Positions 36,146 through 48,900 of a stretch of DNA of 64,000 bases are shown piece by piece. Under the pieces are notes generated by a model. It did not search any database, was not told the DNA's origin, and saw nothing but the letters and a program-made list of their open reading frames with translations. The position numbers were made by a program, and so were the translations under genes. How positions within the stretch are numbered: position 1 is the first letter of the stretch; each line of letters begins with the position of its first letter. Source of the stretch: Selaginella moellendorffii (lineage: Eukaryota; Plantae; Lycopodiophyta); NCBI RefSeq assembly GCF_000143415.4, contig NW_003314268.1, positions 804,011 through 868,010 on the forward strand. The letters run 5' to 3'.

Positions 36146-39100
36146 TGTCGCGCATGTGACTTCGGGTATCGAAAGTTACCTATTGGCTAGTCCTTACGGA
36201 CACTCTTACCTTACTGCCACGATGGCAGGAGGTCGGTATTGCTGGACCCGTTATCAGTTTCCACCTAAGCTAGTTGAGAAACTGGTCATCACATGTGCAC
36301 TTAGACCGGAAGGGCACTAAGGAAGGAAATCCTAAGTTGTCATTTAGTCAAGCAGACTTGACACGGTGATGAGAAACTCATGATGTTGGCTTGCACTTGC
36401 TAGTGTTAGGAACCCCCGCGATATTGAGATTGGTCCCTCAATATTCGCTAGATGATAGCTTACCGTGTCTGCCAAACACCCTCGCTATCATGCCCTTTGT
36501 GTTAGTCTCATTTTAGTCCCAAATGCTATTTATGGAAAGTGTCCAGATTTGCTCATTTGGCATATCTACAGAATGTAGAGATCGGCCTGAACACAATGGT
36601 GTTCGTCCCGTGTCCAAATTCGCATTCTAAGGACATTCCATATTTAGTAAGTTTCGAGCTTGTCCCAGAGACTAACTCCTGGTACTAAGGGAGGCTTGGG
36701 GTGAAAGCCCAAAGCGTGTGTTCCTCAAGGGGGGGGGGCTATGGGGGGTTCCAAATGTATAGTAGGGATAGTGGGTAGGTCGGGCATGGCCGACCAACCT
36801 GAGGCATAGTCTAGCTCCCGCTTGCGTGCTTGTCCTTGTTCTGCGTCCGGCTTGGGTCTAAGCCCAAGTTCCATTCCATGCTAGCTGGTGGAGTACCCAT
36901 ATCCTCACGTTAGGCCACCGGTATGCTGAAATAGCGCCAGACTCCGTTTGGCTCCGTTTTGCGTGCTGGTCCTGGCATTGGTATGCTGGTTGCTCCAGGA
37001 CTGTTCCAAGTCGCTCCGGGCTCTTGTCCCTTCGCTCCTTGGGCTATATGCTCAGGAGTTGCTCCGTGGTCCGGTTCCATCACTCCTTGGCGTCACGCTT
37101 GGGAGTTTGGCACCGTTCGTTCGTTCAGTGGCTCAAGGCCCTGAACCTTGGGTTCCTGTGGACACGTGGCATGGACACGTGGCATGTGACACATGGCATC
37201 TGTCACATGGCACAAAGAGGGTTTAGGTTCCGCTTCGTGGTGTTATCCTATGGTAAATCACCATAGGATAAAGGGTCAAAACCACGTGCGCTACATTTGG
37301 TATCAGAGGATGAGTCTCAGCGAGTACTATTCAATGAGATTGGGCAACTAGTCTTGTTGCATACGCAGAGATGAAAACGATGATCCGAGTGGGTACACGT
37401 TTGGGTGCAAAGACTTCGCAATCGTTCCTTGGGTATGGATTCGGTTACCTTCTTGTACCGTAATTATGTGAGCTTGCTCTTGGGCTCATAAGATGGATTT
37501 GAGTTGTTCCAGTAGCACGAGTTTGCGCTTGGGCTCGTGAGTGAGGCACATTAGCAACTCAAGGTTGCACTTTGAGTTGGCAGGATTAATGTTAGCCTAT
37601 CGGTGGTTCCATGAGTTGTTCCATGTACCGTGGGTGAAAGCAAACTTTCCCTGGGTTTGCTATGAGTGGCAAATAGGCTGGTCCGTAGCTGTTTAGCACG
37701 GCACTAGTGGATCCTTCCTAGGTATGATTATAAGTGGATCAATCAAGACTATAGGGATTAGTCTATTGGTTCAAGTAATCATGGCCGTGCTCTCTCATAA
37801 ATTTTTCTTGGATGGAACTGAAGGCAGTGTGAAAGCAAGCTTGAGGTTTAGTCAAGATGAGGCCGGAAAGAGAGTCGTTAGGGACGAAGGATCAAATACG
37901 TAAATCATTTTCTCTTCTTGGAGAGATGATCTGCAACGAGGTGTTAACTCATTGCTTGTGTTCACATCGTGCAATCAAGAGTCCCTATCTTGATGCATGT
38001 TGGAGATGGTGGTCTTACAATGGTGAGTTATGGGATGGATAGTGGTGAAACACTAAACCATTTTGTCTAGGCTCGCTATTGGAAGACTTGGGTTGCAATG
38101 CTCAATTCTTTTCCGGGGAACCTTGCTATTGCTCCTTGAGTAACTTGGTGTTGGATTAGTGTTGAGTTTGGTCGGAAAGAGAGTGGCATGAGCTTGTCCG
38201 TGTTGTGAACAAAAGTTAGTGGTGTTGGGTGTCGTAAACCTCTATTAGTGGAGTGTGGCATTTTTGTTACATTTTGTCGAATCGAGTTGGCATTTGATAC
38301 TCACATAAACATTTGAAGTAATGACATAGGCATTGCTCATTGCGTTACTCAATTGATGATCAAGTCATTGTGATGCTTATATCATATCCATGTGATAAAG
38401 AGTAATGCGTTTACGAAGTTGCTTGGGTAAATGATGATCAACCCCAAAGTGGTTGATGGAGAAGCTAATCTACTTGCACAAAGTAGCATTGTAGTAGCTT
38501 TGACTGGATTCTCTATAGTGGTCCATTATGCTAAGTTTAAGTTGGTACCTTGTTTTCTTAAGTTTGCCCACTAAGGTGTTGGAAAAGGGTTGTAGCATTC
38601 ATTTGCTATACCTTGTCGGTTGATCCGTTAGCACTTAGAGTAGATTGTTGGATGGAGAAGATGTGGAGTTGGGGCATTGACGTCACTAGCACTTGTGTTA
38701 GTGGAAGTGGCATTGTTATTTCAAGTGATGAGGAATTTTCCTTGGACCTTGATTTTTCATGTCATTTTTCTTGTTAGTGTTTTGGCTTCACATTGGATCT
38801 TGAAGGTGATTGAAGAAGATTGTTAGTGCAATATGGGTATCCGAAGATGTGGTCTTCGTGATCAAGCCTTGGATGTTCATTTTGCACTTTGCGGATGTCG
38901 GTGTTGGATATCGGTTAGATGGGCAAAGATGTTCGATGCTTAAGCATATTTTTGGATTATGAGAATTTTTGTTGAGGTGAACCTATGTGGAGTTGTTAGT
39001 AGGAGGAAGTTGGTTGAGTCTTGAAAGTTTGCAATTCTGGATTGAGAGTCATTCTTTCTCTAGGATGGAAAATTTTCCACAAATTTTCTTAGACTTTTCC

Positions 39101-42100
39101 AATGGCTGATCTATTGATCACTTTGCTCGAAAACCATTCCATTTTCAAAAGCGAATACAAACTAGTGAAGGGGTTGGAGTTGACTTCGGTTGGCTTAGAT
39201 CTTAGTAGGTAGTTTGTATGATGCGGCCCGAAAGGGATGCTAACTTTTGGGGCTAAAGCAATTGAGTTGGATAAAGTCTGGAGTTGGTGTAGAAAAGTGG
39301 CTGTTGCGCTTTTCTAAGAAAGGTGACCCTTGTGCCTTTCTTTTGTAGCGTTGTGCTTGGTGACAATTTGCACCTTGCATTTCGTTAGACTCTATGAGAG
39401 TAGTGAGCTCTCACTGATCTTGACTTGGTCTTGGTGGCCCTGCACCTTGGCTGAGGATGGTGATGTCCAACTTAGTTGTTTGAGGTTGAGATGTTGGTAC
39501 CCGTACTATAGCTTTGTCTATGAGGAGGTTGTGTACCGATATGAGTCCATCTCATGGTCTTCACTTTAGTTTCGACTGAGTGTTGATCATATAGCTAGCC
39601 TCTTCAAGGCATGCTCAGCGCTATTGACTAAATGCATTAGTGAGCTTATTGCGGTTAAGTTGGATTCGAGTGGTCATTTAGTTTGTGCTTGTCTATGAAC
39701 TTTTATCTCGTACCTGGGGTATTATGTTCATGTTGGACAAGTATGTAACTCGATGACATGAGTTAGTGTTCGGGTCTTGTGAAGGCAAGTTGAAGGGCGA
39801 TTGTTAGTTGCTTTGCGACTAGTGATTACTTGTAGACTTTGTCAAAAAGACCGTTGACACTTGCTTTGCTCGATGATGATTTAGCAGTGGTGGGCTTGCT
39901 TGACCGGATGGTGTTGCGGAGGATCGTGTTGTTGGACTTGCATGGTTTTCCATGTTGGCATGTCGACTTTACCTCTGTTGATATCATTTGGTTACATTTA
40001 GTCCGTAGTGTTGGATTTCATTGAGTCTTGGACGTGGTGAATCACTCCTTGATGATGTGTTATCTGTAACTGAGTATTGTTAGAGGATTGGTCTCGGATA
40101 CTAAGTATAGTATCTTCGACTTTGGTTAGCTTGGTTGCTGGAAAGCTCCGAGTGGGGATTCACTCTTGCTTTCTTCTAGCTTTGTCCTGATGTTGATGGC
40201 ATTGAAGTGATGCTTTGTCGTTGACATTGTTGATATTGAGACTTGAGTGAAATGAGCTATCCTTCTAAGGATTGATATTGAGTTTCATTAGTCTTGATGA
40301 ATATAGTGTTGATGATTTGGCTATAGATTTATGTTGTTGGCATTCGTACATTTGCTAGTTAGCAACTGTGTTGACGTTCAAACAAACTGAGTGGCAAGTT
40401 GAGTTAGTAGTGTTCTAGACGAGATTATTTAGTAGAGGATTGAGCTTTAGCTTTTCCTTGAAAGGTGATTTAGTCGTGGACAATGCTACCTCTATGAGAG
40501 GAAGAGTTAGTGATTGGCATTGAAGTGATTAAATCCTTCTTGGATTTCAATTGAGATATATCAATCATTAATGATTTTTCTTGTGCTTGTTATGAAGTGA
40601 GTTACGTCTTGCTATAGATGGATTCATGGAGGATCATTTAGTGATCACTTGTTGAGCATAGCTCCATTGTGCTTAGCTTTTGGATTGATGCAGAAATGCT
40701 CTTCATTAGCTTTGGCATTATGAAGTTTGGCTTATGAATGTGTTGAAGAAGACATTGTGGGTTGCACCATGATTTCTTCTTTAGCATTGAAGTTAGCTTC
40801 TATGAGACTCGTGATCATTATTAAGCAAGACTTAGCTATAGGCTTCTTCGAGCTTTGGTTCTTTGAGTTTTATGCTCATTGTTCCATTTGTTAAAAGTTG
40901 TTGGGGAAGGCATTTTTTTGGCTCTTTAGCTTTGATGTTGAAGTTAGTATTTGCATCTAGCAATCATTGGTGATGATTGACTATCATCTAGGATAATTGA
41001 TTATCCATGTCAAAAAGTTTTGCTTGATTATTGTTGGTATAGAATGGTTTGCCGTTCTTCGGGATGGTGGATTCCTTCTTAAACGATGATTATGCATCTC
41101 TTTATTGATGGAATGATTGATGATCTTTCATGATGGTTAGTTGTTCTCTTTGATAGCTTATGCCTTTTCGCAATACCACATATTCTTTGTGGTTTGCCTG
41201 GATTGGTCTCTTGGGTTTGAGACGTCAGTAGGATGTTGCTGACACTTGCTTAGACAACTTGAGTTCCTTGGTATTGTTGCTGGGATCTATTCAGATTGGC
41301 TTTTGTGATAGTTGGCAGGAATGAGTGCTTGTTGGTCTTACCACATTCATTTTCTTCTATTGATTGTTGCTCGAGTTAGTTTTGATAGATTTGGATGTTA
41401 TTTCCTTTAGGTGATACATTCGCGAGCATTGTGCTTGTTAGTCAATGATACTTTGTGTTCTTTGAGTTCTCTCTAGTAAGTTGTTGGCTTACTGTCTACT
41501 ATCTTCGGTAGTTAAGTTTCATCATTGAGTTTCCTTAATGATATACTAGCTATTGAATTTTGTTGGATGGTCATTCCTGTGTTTGCCAAATTATGATAAT
41601 CTGTTGGTGGTTCCTATCTACAATACTACTGGTTTATCGGATGATAACTTGCTTAGAATACTTTTGTGTTCTACTCTAAGATATAATCACTAGTAATTAA
41701 GCTTCTTAGATATCATTGTTTATGACTTTGATATAGTCCCTATATATTGATCTTTGAGTTTGGGCCAGTATAGGTAGACTGGCTTCGGCACTTCGTGTGC
41801 ATGTTGAAATCTCTAGTCATGGGGTAGCTACTGTCGACTGGTCACATCACCCGCCTCTTTGTCGATGTTCCTTATTTTGTTGAAAGGGCGTGACCGTGTA
41901 AACAACTCTAACTGCCTGTTTACAGTAGTCTATCTAAACCTTACCGACGGGTTTGGTTTCTTTGCTCAGGAGGGTTGGGGCCTCTGGCTTCTCTCTCTAT
42001 GTCCCTGCGGGCAGGGCGTATCACACTTTTGTAAGCTGGGTGACTCCCAGAGCAGCAGGGGTGGCTGACTCCGTTGGTCATTTCCTTGTCGGCGACGGCC

Positions 42101-43433
42101 GGAAGGTGTCTGAGCTGGTAGCGCATCCGCGTTAGACAAAGAGGTTCCCCCTAACTCATTTAAGTTGGTGCATTTCTCACATAGTGTGAGTACCGCGAAC
42201 TTTTTATGGAGTTGTTTCCTTGGCGGTATTCTAGACTCGAGTATGCATCGACGAGGACGTTGATCTTCCCAAGGGGGGGAGAGTGTCGCGCATGTGACTT
42301 CGGGTATCGAAAGTTACCTATCGGCTAGTCCTTACGGACACTCTTACCTTACTGCCACGATGGCAGGAGGTCGGTATTGCTAGACCCGTTATCAGTTTCC
42401 ACCTAAGCTAGTTGAGAAACTGGTCATCACATGTGCACTTAGACCGGAAGGGCACTAAGGAAGGAAATCCTAAGTTGTCATTTAGTCAAGCAGACTTGAC
42501 ACGGTGATGAGAAACTCATGATGTTGGCTTGCACTTGCTAGTGTTAGGAACCCCCGCGATATTGAGATTGGTCCCTCAATATTCGCTAGATGATAGCTTA
42601 CCGTGTCTGCCAAACACCCTCGCTATCATGCCCTTTGTGTTAGTCTCATTTTAGTCCCAAATGCTATTTATGGAAAGTGTCCAGATTTGCTCATTTGGCA
42701 TATCTACAGAATGTAGAGATCGGCCTGAACACAATGGTGTTCGTCCCGTGTCCAAATTCGCATTCTAAGGACATTCCATATTTAGTAAGTTTCGAGCTTG
42801 TCCCAGAGACTAACTCCTGGTACTAAGGGAGGCTTGGGGTGAAAGCCCAAAGCGTGTGTTCCTCAAGGGGGGGGGGCTATGGGGGGTTCCAAATGTATAG
42901 TAGGGATAGTGGGTAGGTCGGGCATGGCCGACCAACCTGAGGCATAGTCTAGCTCCCGCTTGCGTGCCTGTCCTTGTTCTGCGTCCGGCTTGGGTCTAAG
43001 CCCAAGTTCCATTCCATGTTAGCTGGTGGAGTACCCATATCCTCACGTTAGGCCACCGGTATGCTGAAATAGCGCCAGACTCCGTTTGGCTCCGTTTTGC
43101 GTGCTGGTCCTGGCATTGGTATGCTGGTTGCTCCAGGACTGTTCCAAGTCGCTCCGGGCTCTTGTCCCTTCGCTCCTTGGGCTATATGCTTAGGAGTTGC
43201 TCCGTGGTCCGGTTCCATCACTCCTTGGCGTCACGCTTGGGAGTTTGGCACCGTTCGTTCGTTCAGTGGCTCAAGGCCCTGAACCTTGGGTTCCTATGGA
43301 CACGTGGCATGGACACGTGGCATGTGACACATGGCATCTGTCACGTGGCACAAAGAGGGTTTAGGTTCCGCTTCGTGGTGTTATCCTATGGTAAATCACC
43401 ATAGGATAAAGGGTCAAAACCACGTGCGCTACA
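36146..43433 (+). mobile_element. Intact young LTR-A copy (non-autonomous, LARD-like)
   Basis: 1,150-bp LTRs at 36146-37295 and 42284-43433 (about 7 differences by eye). TSD CTTTT. PBS TGGTATCAGAGG at 37298-37309. PPT AAGGGGGGGAGAG at 42271-42283. No long internal ORF. Confidence 0.95.
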
Positions 43434-43937
43434 CTTTTCCAGTTGGTTTAAGGGGAGAAAGATAGTGTGGTATCGGAGCAAATGGCATGGGTTCAAATCC
43501 TATTAATTAGTGGTTACTTAAAAATATAATATACCCTTGAGCAACATATATTCCTACTCCTAAATTTGAAATCGTACGTATCGGGCATCCATGCGTACAT
43601 CCTTCCTTTTAGTAGAGTATCCATGAACGAAGGTATCCACTGTGGGACTGCGGTATGAGTGGATGACTAGTTGCCTTAAATGGAATAGCTGGTTTACACA
43701 ATGAAAGGATTGGTAAATTCAATATGGAAATAGAAGTGTTGCTAATTCAATATGGAAATAGCATGATCTAACATTGCTAATAGAGTTGAGTTTACTTTAC
43801 CGATTGCTATAAGTTGATAATATTAGGACTTGGGATTAATATTTGATGACCATTCTTGCACTACTTGGAGCAAAGTTTGTTAAACACTTCTGCCACATAT
43901 AAATGAGATAATAGTAATGTTATGTGGAGTATAAAGT

Positions 43938-45085
43938 TGTCACGAATGTGACTTTGGGTATCGAAAGTTACTTGTCGGCTAGTCCTTATGGACACAATTT
44001 CCTTACTGCCACGATAGCAGGAGGTTAGTATTGTTGGACTTGTTATCAGTTCCCACTTGGGCTAATTGAGAAATTGGTCAATAACCATGCACTTAGATTA
44101 GATAAATATAAAGTAGGAACCCCTATGTGTTTCTTGCTAAGCATACTCGGCCTAGTTTGAGAAATTTATGTTAGTGGCTTGTACTTGCTAGTATTAAGAA
44201 CCCGCGCAATATTGAGTTTGGTCCCTCAATATTGTTAAATGATAGCTTATCGTGTCTGCCAAACACCCTTGCTATCATACCTTTTGTGTTAGTCTTATTT
44301 TGGTCCCAAATGCTATTTATAGAAAGTGTCTAAATTTACTTATTTGGCATATCTACGGAATGTAGAGATTCTCATGAACACAATGATGTTCGTCTCGTGT
44401 CCAAATTTGCAATCTAAGAACATTCCATATTTAGTAAGTTTCAAGCTTGTTCTAGAGACTAACTTCTGGTACTAAAGGAGGCTTGGGGTGAAAGCCCAAA
44501 GCATGTGTTCCTCAAAGGGGGGGGAAGGAAGCTATTGGGGGTTCCAAATGTATAGTAGGGATAGTGGGTAGGTCTTGCATAGCCGATCAACTTGAGGAAT
44601 AGTTTAATTCCTACTTACATGCTTGTTTTTGTTTTGCATTTGGCTTAGGTCTAAGCCCAAGTTCCACACCATGCTAGCTGGTGAAGTACCCATGTCTTTA
44701 TATTAGGCCACCAGTATGCCAAAATAGCACTAGACTCTGTTTGGCTCCGTTTTGCATGCTGATCCTGTCATTAGGATGTTGGTTGCTCTAGGACTGTTCC
44801 AAGTCATTCTAGGCTCCTGTCCCTTCACTCCTTGGGCTATATGCTTAGGAGTTGCTTTGTGGTCCAGTTCTGTCACTCAGCTCCATGCTTGGGAGTTTGG
44901 GATTTGTTCCTTTGTTTAGTGGCATAAGGCCTTGAACCTCAAGTTCCACACCACTGTCCTTTGGACACGTGGTATGTGACACATGGCATATGACACATGG
45001 CACATGGAGGGTTTAGGTTCTGCTTCATAGTGTTATCCTATAGTAAATCACCATAGGATAGGAGGTAAAAACCAAGTGCGCTACA
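43938..45085 (+). mobile_element. Solo LTR of the LTR-A family
   Basis: TGTCACG...GCTACA with TSD AAAGT on both sides (43933-43937, 45086-45090). Confidence 0.92.
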
Positions 45086-45985
45086 AAAGTGGATGATTGG
45101 TATTTGTTTATTTTCCCAATTTTATAGTGTATAATTTACCTAATGGGCTCTTTGCTTAGTAGAAAGGATTGTATCAAGTGTTGTGGCAAGTTAGATTCCA
45201 AATTTATGATCATCACCAATTTATGTCATCATTGTGGTGAACTTGGATAACTAAGGATATATCACATTTTCACATGTGTTTATCATCCTCAAATGAATGA
45301 TTCGGTGAAATAGCTAATTGGACCTTTAAAAGGATGATCACAATGTATAAGAATTTTTAATATTAAGATTAGGATTGTTATTTTTCATGTCTTCAATATG
45401 TGTATATCATAGGGGTATAGGGTGTTTTACCATATAAAGTATTATATATGGTCATAATCTAACATTACCAATAGAGTTGAGTTTACTTTTACAATTGCTA
45501 TGAGTTGCTAGGACCTGGGATTAATATGTTGGGAAGCTAGACAATTTGCATCCCTCATAAAGCATTGTTTGTAATACATAGAAATACCGTTCTTCTTTAT
45601 TCAGAATTCAAGATTGCTTCTTTAGTGGGATATGGTTGAAATCAAATATCTCCTTGAGACCGAAAATAAGTTTCTCTGCATCTTGATCTCCATCTGATGA
45701 CGATTCTTCCACCATATAAGCAACAGCATCATCCCTAACATTGTCCTCGATCTCCACATGCTCTCCATCACTAAAAACAGCTTCTCCTCCTTCCTCTGAA
45801 CCACCTAAGCTTGACGATGAACTCAGAATGGACTCATAGGACGTTGTATCTAAAAAAGAACAAATAAAAAGTTTTGTGTCTGCTAAATTCAATGTCATAC
45901 AACAGTTTCAAAAAGCAAATTGGTGGCAGAAGTATGTGTGCTTGGTAACAAGATGCAGCTCAACAGCAAACATGACCAAAATTGA

Positions 45986-48900
45986 CTTGCATTTTCCTGC
46001 ATGACGTAAAGCATAAGCTTTAAGGAGAATGATAGAGAGCACTTACCTTGTGAATTCAATGCTCTTGAAGTTTTGTCATGTCAGGAAGTTTGCATGTTAA
46101 GAATGGCACATCTAGGGTAAGCATCTAAACATTCACCAACAAAGAAAGCACATAAAGACTGTACTTACTATAGCTACCATCTCGTTTCTTTGTTTTCTTC
46201 TGGAAAGTTTACTGAGGTCAGATGGTATCTGGTAGCTGGTTTGATCAGCACTCTCAAGCTGGAAGCATTAGAAACCAGCTCCAGGGACTTGTTCCAGACT
46301 CAAGTCTAGATATTGAGAGATGAGAGTGTGTAAACATCTTCTGGGATGCAGCCTGTGAGCTGGTTCCAGCGTGTCTGAGTTTCAAGAGCCAGGGCGCTGC
46401 CTAAGTCACTGCCGAGAAATGTAAACGAACGCATTAAAGTGAAATAGATTTAGTAAGGGTTAGGGCATTAAAGGCATTTTGCAAAGGGCAAGCTATGGCG
46501 CGAACAGAGCAGGAGCGCAGTGGATGCGTCACAGGTTTGTGGTCTCTCTTTCGACCAAAAAAGGCGCACAAGGGCGACAACAAGGTTCACCCGGAAGCCA
46601 TGGACGCGGTGGCCTCGAAGCTGAAGGTCCAAGATCGTGTCTGTGAGGCCGTCTCGGGAGAAGCCATGGACGCCGCCGCCTTGAAGTTGAAGGAACTCAG
46701 GCACGAGGTGAAAATCGTCTTAGAAGCGATACGACAGGAGCGAGGGCACAAGGAGCCGATCAAGCCGATCAAGCCGATCAAACCGGAACAAGAGGAGGAG
46801 GACGAAGAGGAGAATCAAGAGAAGAAAGCGGAGCAGCTGAAGGAAGAGAAGAAAGCCGAGCAGGTGAACGAGGAGGAGAAAGAAGCCGATCAGATGAAGC
46901 CGATGAAGCTGGAAGAAGAGGAGGAAAAGGAAGCCGAGAAGCAGCTGAAGGAGGAGGAGCAAGAGAAGAAAGCTGAGCAGCTGAGCGAGGAGGAGCAGGA
47001 GAAAGAAGCCCATGAGACGAAGGAACTCAGGCGCGAGGTGAAACAGGAGCAAGGTCACAAGGAGCAGCCGCAGCTGGAACGAGAGGAGAAGAATCAGCCG
47101 AATCAGCCGATCAAGCCGATCAAGCCGATGAAGCAAGAGCAGGAACAGGAGGGGGAGCAGCGGATGAAGCTGATGAAGCAGCAGCTGGAACAAGAGGAGG
47201 AGCAGATGATCAAGCCGATCAAGCAGCAGCTGGAACAAGAGGAGGAGCAGATGATCAAGCCGATCAAGCAGCCTCTGGAACGGGAAGACGATCAAGAGAA
47301 GATGAAGCAGCAGGAGAATGACAAGCCCAAGCAGGAGGAACAGCGACCCAAGCCAATTCTACTGCCAGCCGGGGGTCGTCGTCCAGGTATGGTTCCTTTT
47401 GCTTCTCGCATTCTTCTTCTACTGTGACTCACGATGGCCTTCTGGACTTGCAGGTTCCAGGCCGAAGATGGTTCGCTTCTCTTCCTCAGCGGAGGACATT
47501 CTTCCCGACGGCACCCGACGGTGGAGTGAAACCCATCTTAGCGATGGCCGAGGGGGCTATGTTGAGTTCGCGTATCTCGAAGCTTTCCACAAGGCAAACC
47601 GGTGGCTAAACCAGAGGGGAAAAACCGAGAAGAAGATCCGCAGCTTGGAAGAGGAAAAGCGCGAGGAAACAGAAGAGGAGAAGCACGAGGAAAAGTCTTG
47701 GAGTGTTAGCGCGCTCCGGATTCTGATCAGACTCACCGAGCAGCTTTACGAGGAGCTCAACGGCAAATCCAGCGACCGAGAGAGGATCAAGCGAGCGCGG
47801 AAGATGATGAGGCTCCAGAAAATGCTGGATAGGATCCCGAGTGAGAGGAAACCGTGGAAGAAGCTTCAGTCCGGCGAGGTGGTCTTCGTGAAGGAGGCAA
47901 AAGAACTATATGATCGTGCGGGGAGAGATTTTGTTGCCGAATTCAAGAGGAGACAGGTAAGTTTGATATACCTTCCAGATTCCAGATGGCCGTTTGCTAA
48001 TAACTTCCGTGTTTGTTGTAGAGAGCTGAAGTGAACGATGAGTGTTTGTTTTGTCGGAACCATGATGGCGAGAAGATGATCGGCCGGGCTGGAGCGAACT
48101 CTAAGACGACTAGACCCTGGGTTTACCTGAGAAGAGAACACGAGCAAACTGTTCTAAGCACGTCGAAGAAACGAGAAATGAAGTTGGCTCCGAGCTCGAG
48201 AAGTTGGCTGCAACGATTGGTCAACTGGAGGCCAGTGCTCGGACTCTAGCATCGGAGAAGCCAACTCTCAAGAGTCAAATCCAGAAGTTGGATCTCCAAG
48301 CAAGTTGAGCAGCACAGGAGGAGGCCACTAAAGCTATAGACCAGTTAAGTCGAGAGAAGATCGACCTTCTCGAGGACTCGACTCCAAAGATTTGCAACTG
48401 TCCAAGACGTGAAAGCAGTGCGTGACAACCGTGTCTCAGGGCTCCAGGCGGAGAAGTCCATCACACTTCAGGCGTCTAAACAGGCCAGCGACCAGCCTCC
48501 ACACTCTTCTAAGTCAAGAGAAGATCAATGGATCAAGTTTGACTACACTCTACAGTGTCTGGAGCAAGGAGGGATCTATCTTATCAGCTTTCCAGTCGAC
48601 GGAGATGAGACAGGAGATACTGCTGCGGTATAATGTTCACAGCTTGAAGGAATAGTAGCAAGGGAACGACTGCAACGAGATGGTGATAGCGAGAATATGA
48701 TATAGCTGAAGCTGCTCGTGACGGTGGGGGTATTCGGATTCACAGAGAGGGCTGCAGAGACTATAAGACAGACTACACTCGACGTTCTCTGTCATCTGGT
48801 AGAGCTCTCTAGTTGACGGAGACTTTGAAAACGGGTCAGGGCTGTCCAGGAATGCTCGTACAGCTGCTCGGATGAAAGTATCAGCAAAGAACTCAGTGTC

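Noticed and set aside
36948-37266. Recurrent small ORFs ending VVLSYGKSP or similar in several places
   Set aside because: They lie inside LTR-A LTRs and vary in start and frame between copies. Recurrence reflects the repeat.
37310-42270. Assigning LTR-A to Copia or Gypsy from its interior
   Set aside because: Only faint, unconvincing resemblance to pol motifs; cannot be supported without alignment.
45608-45898. Acidic 96-aa minus-strand ORF as a host gene
   Set aside because: Possibly an exon fragment (splice-like signals nearby), but no recognisable domain or complete model.
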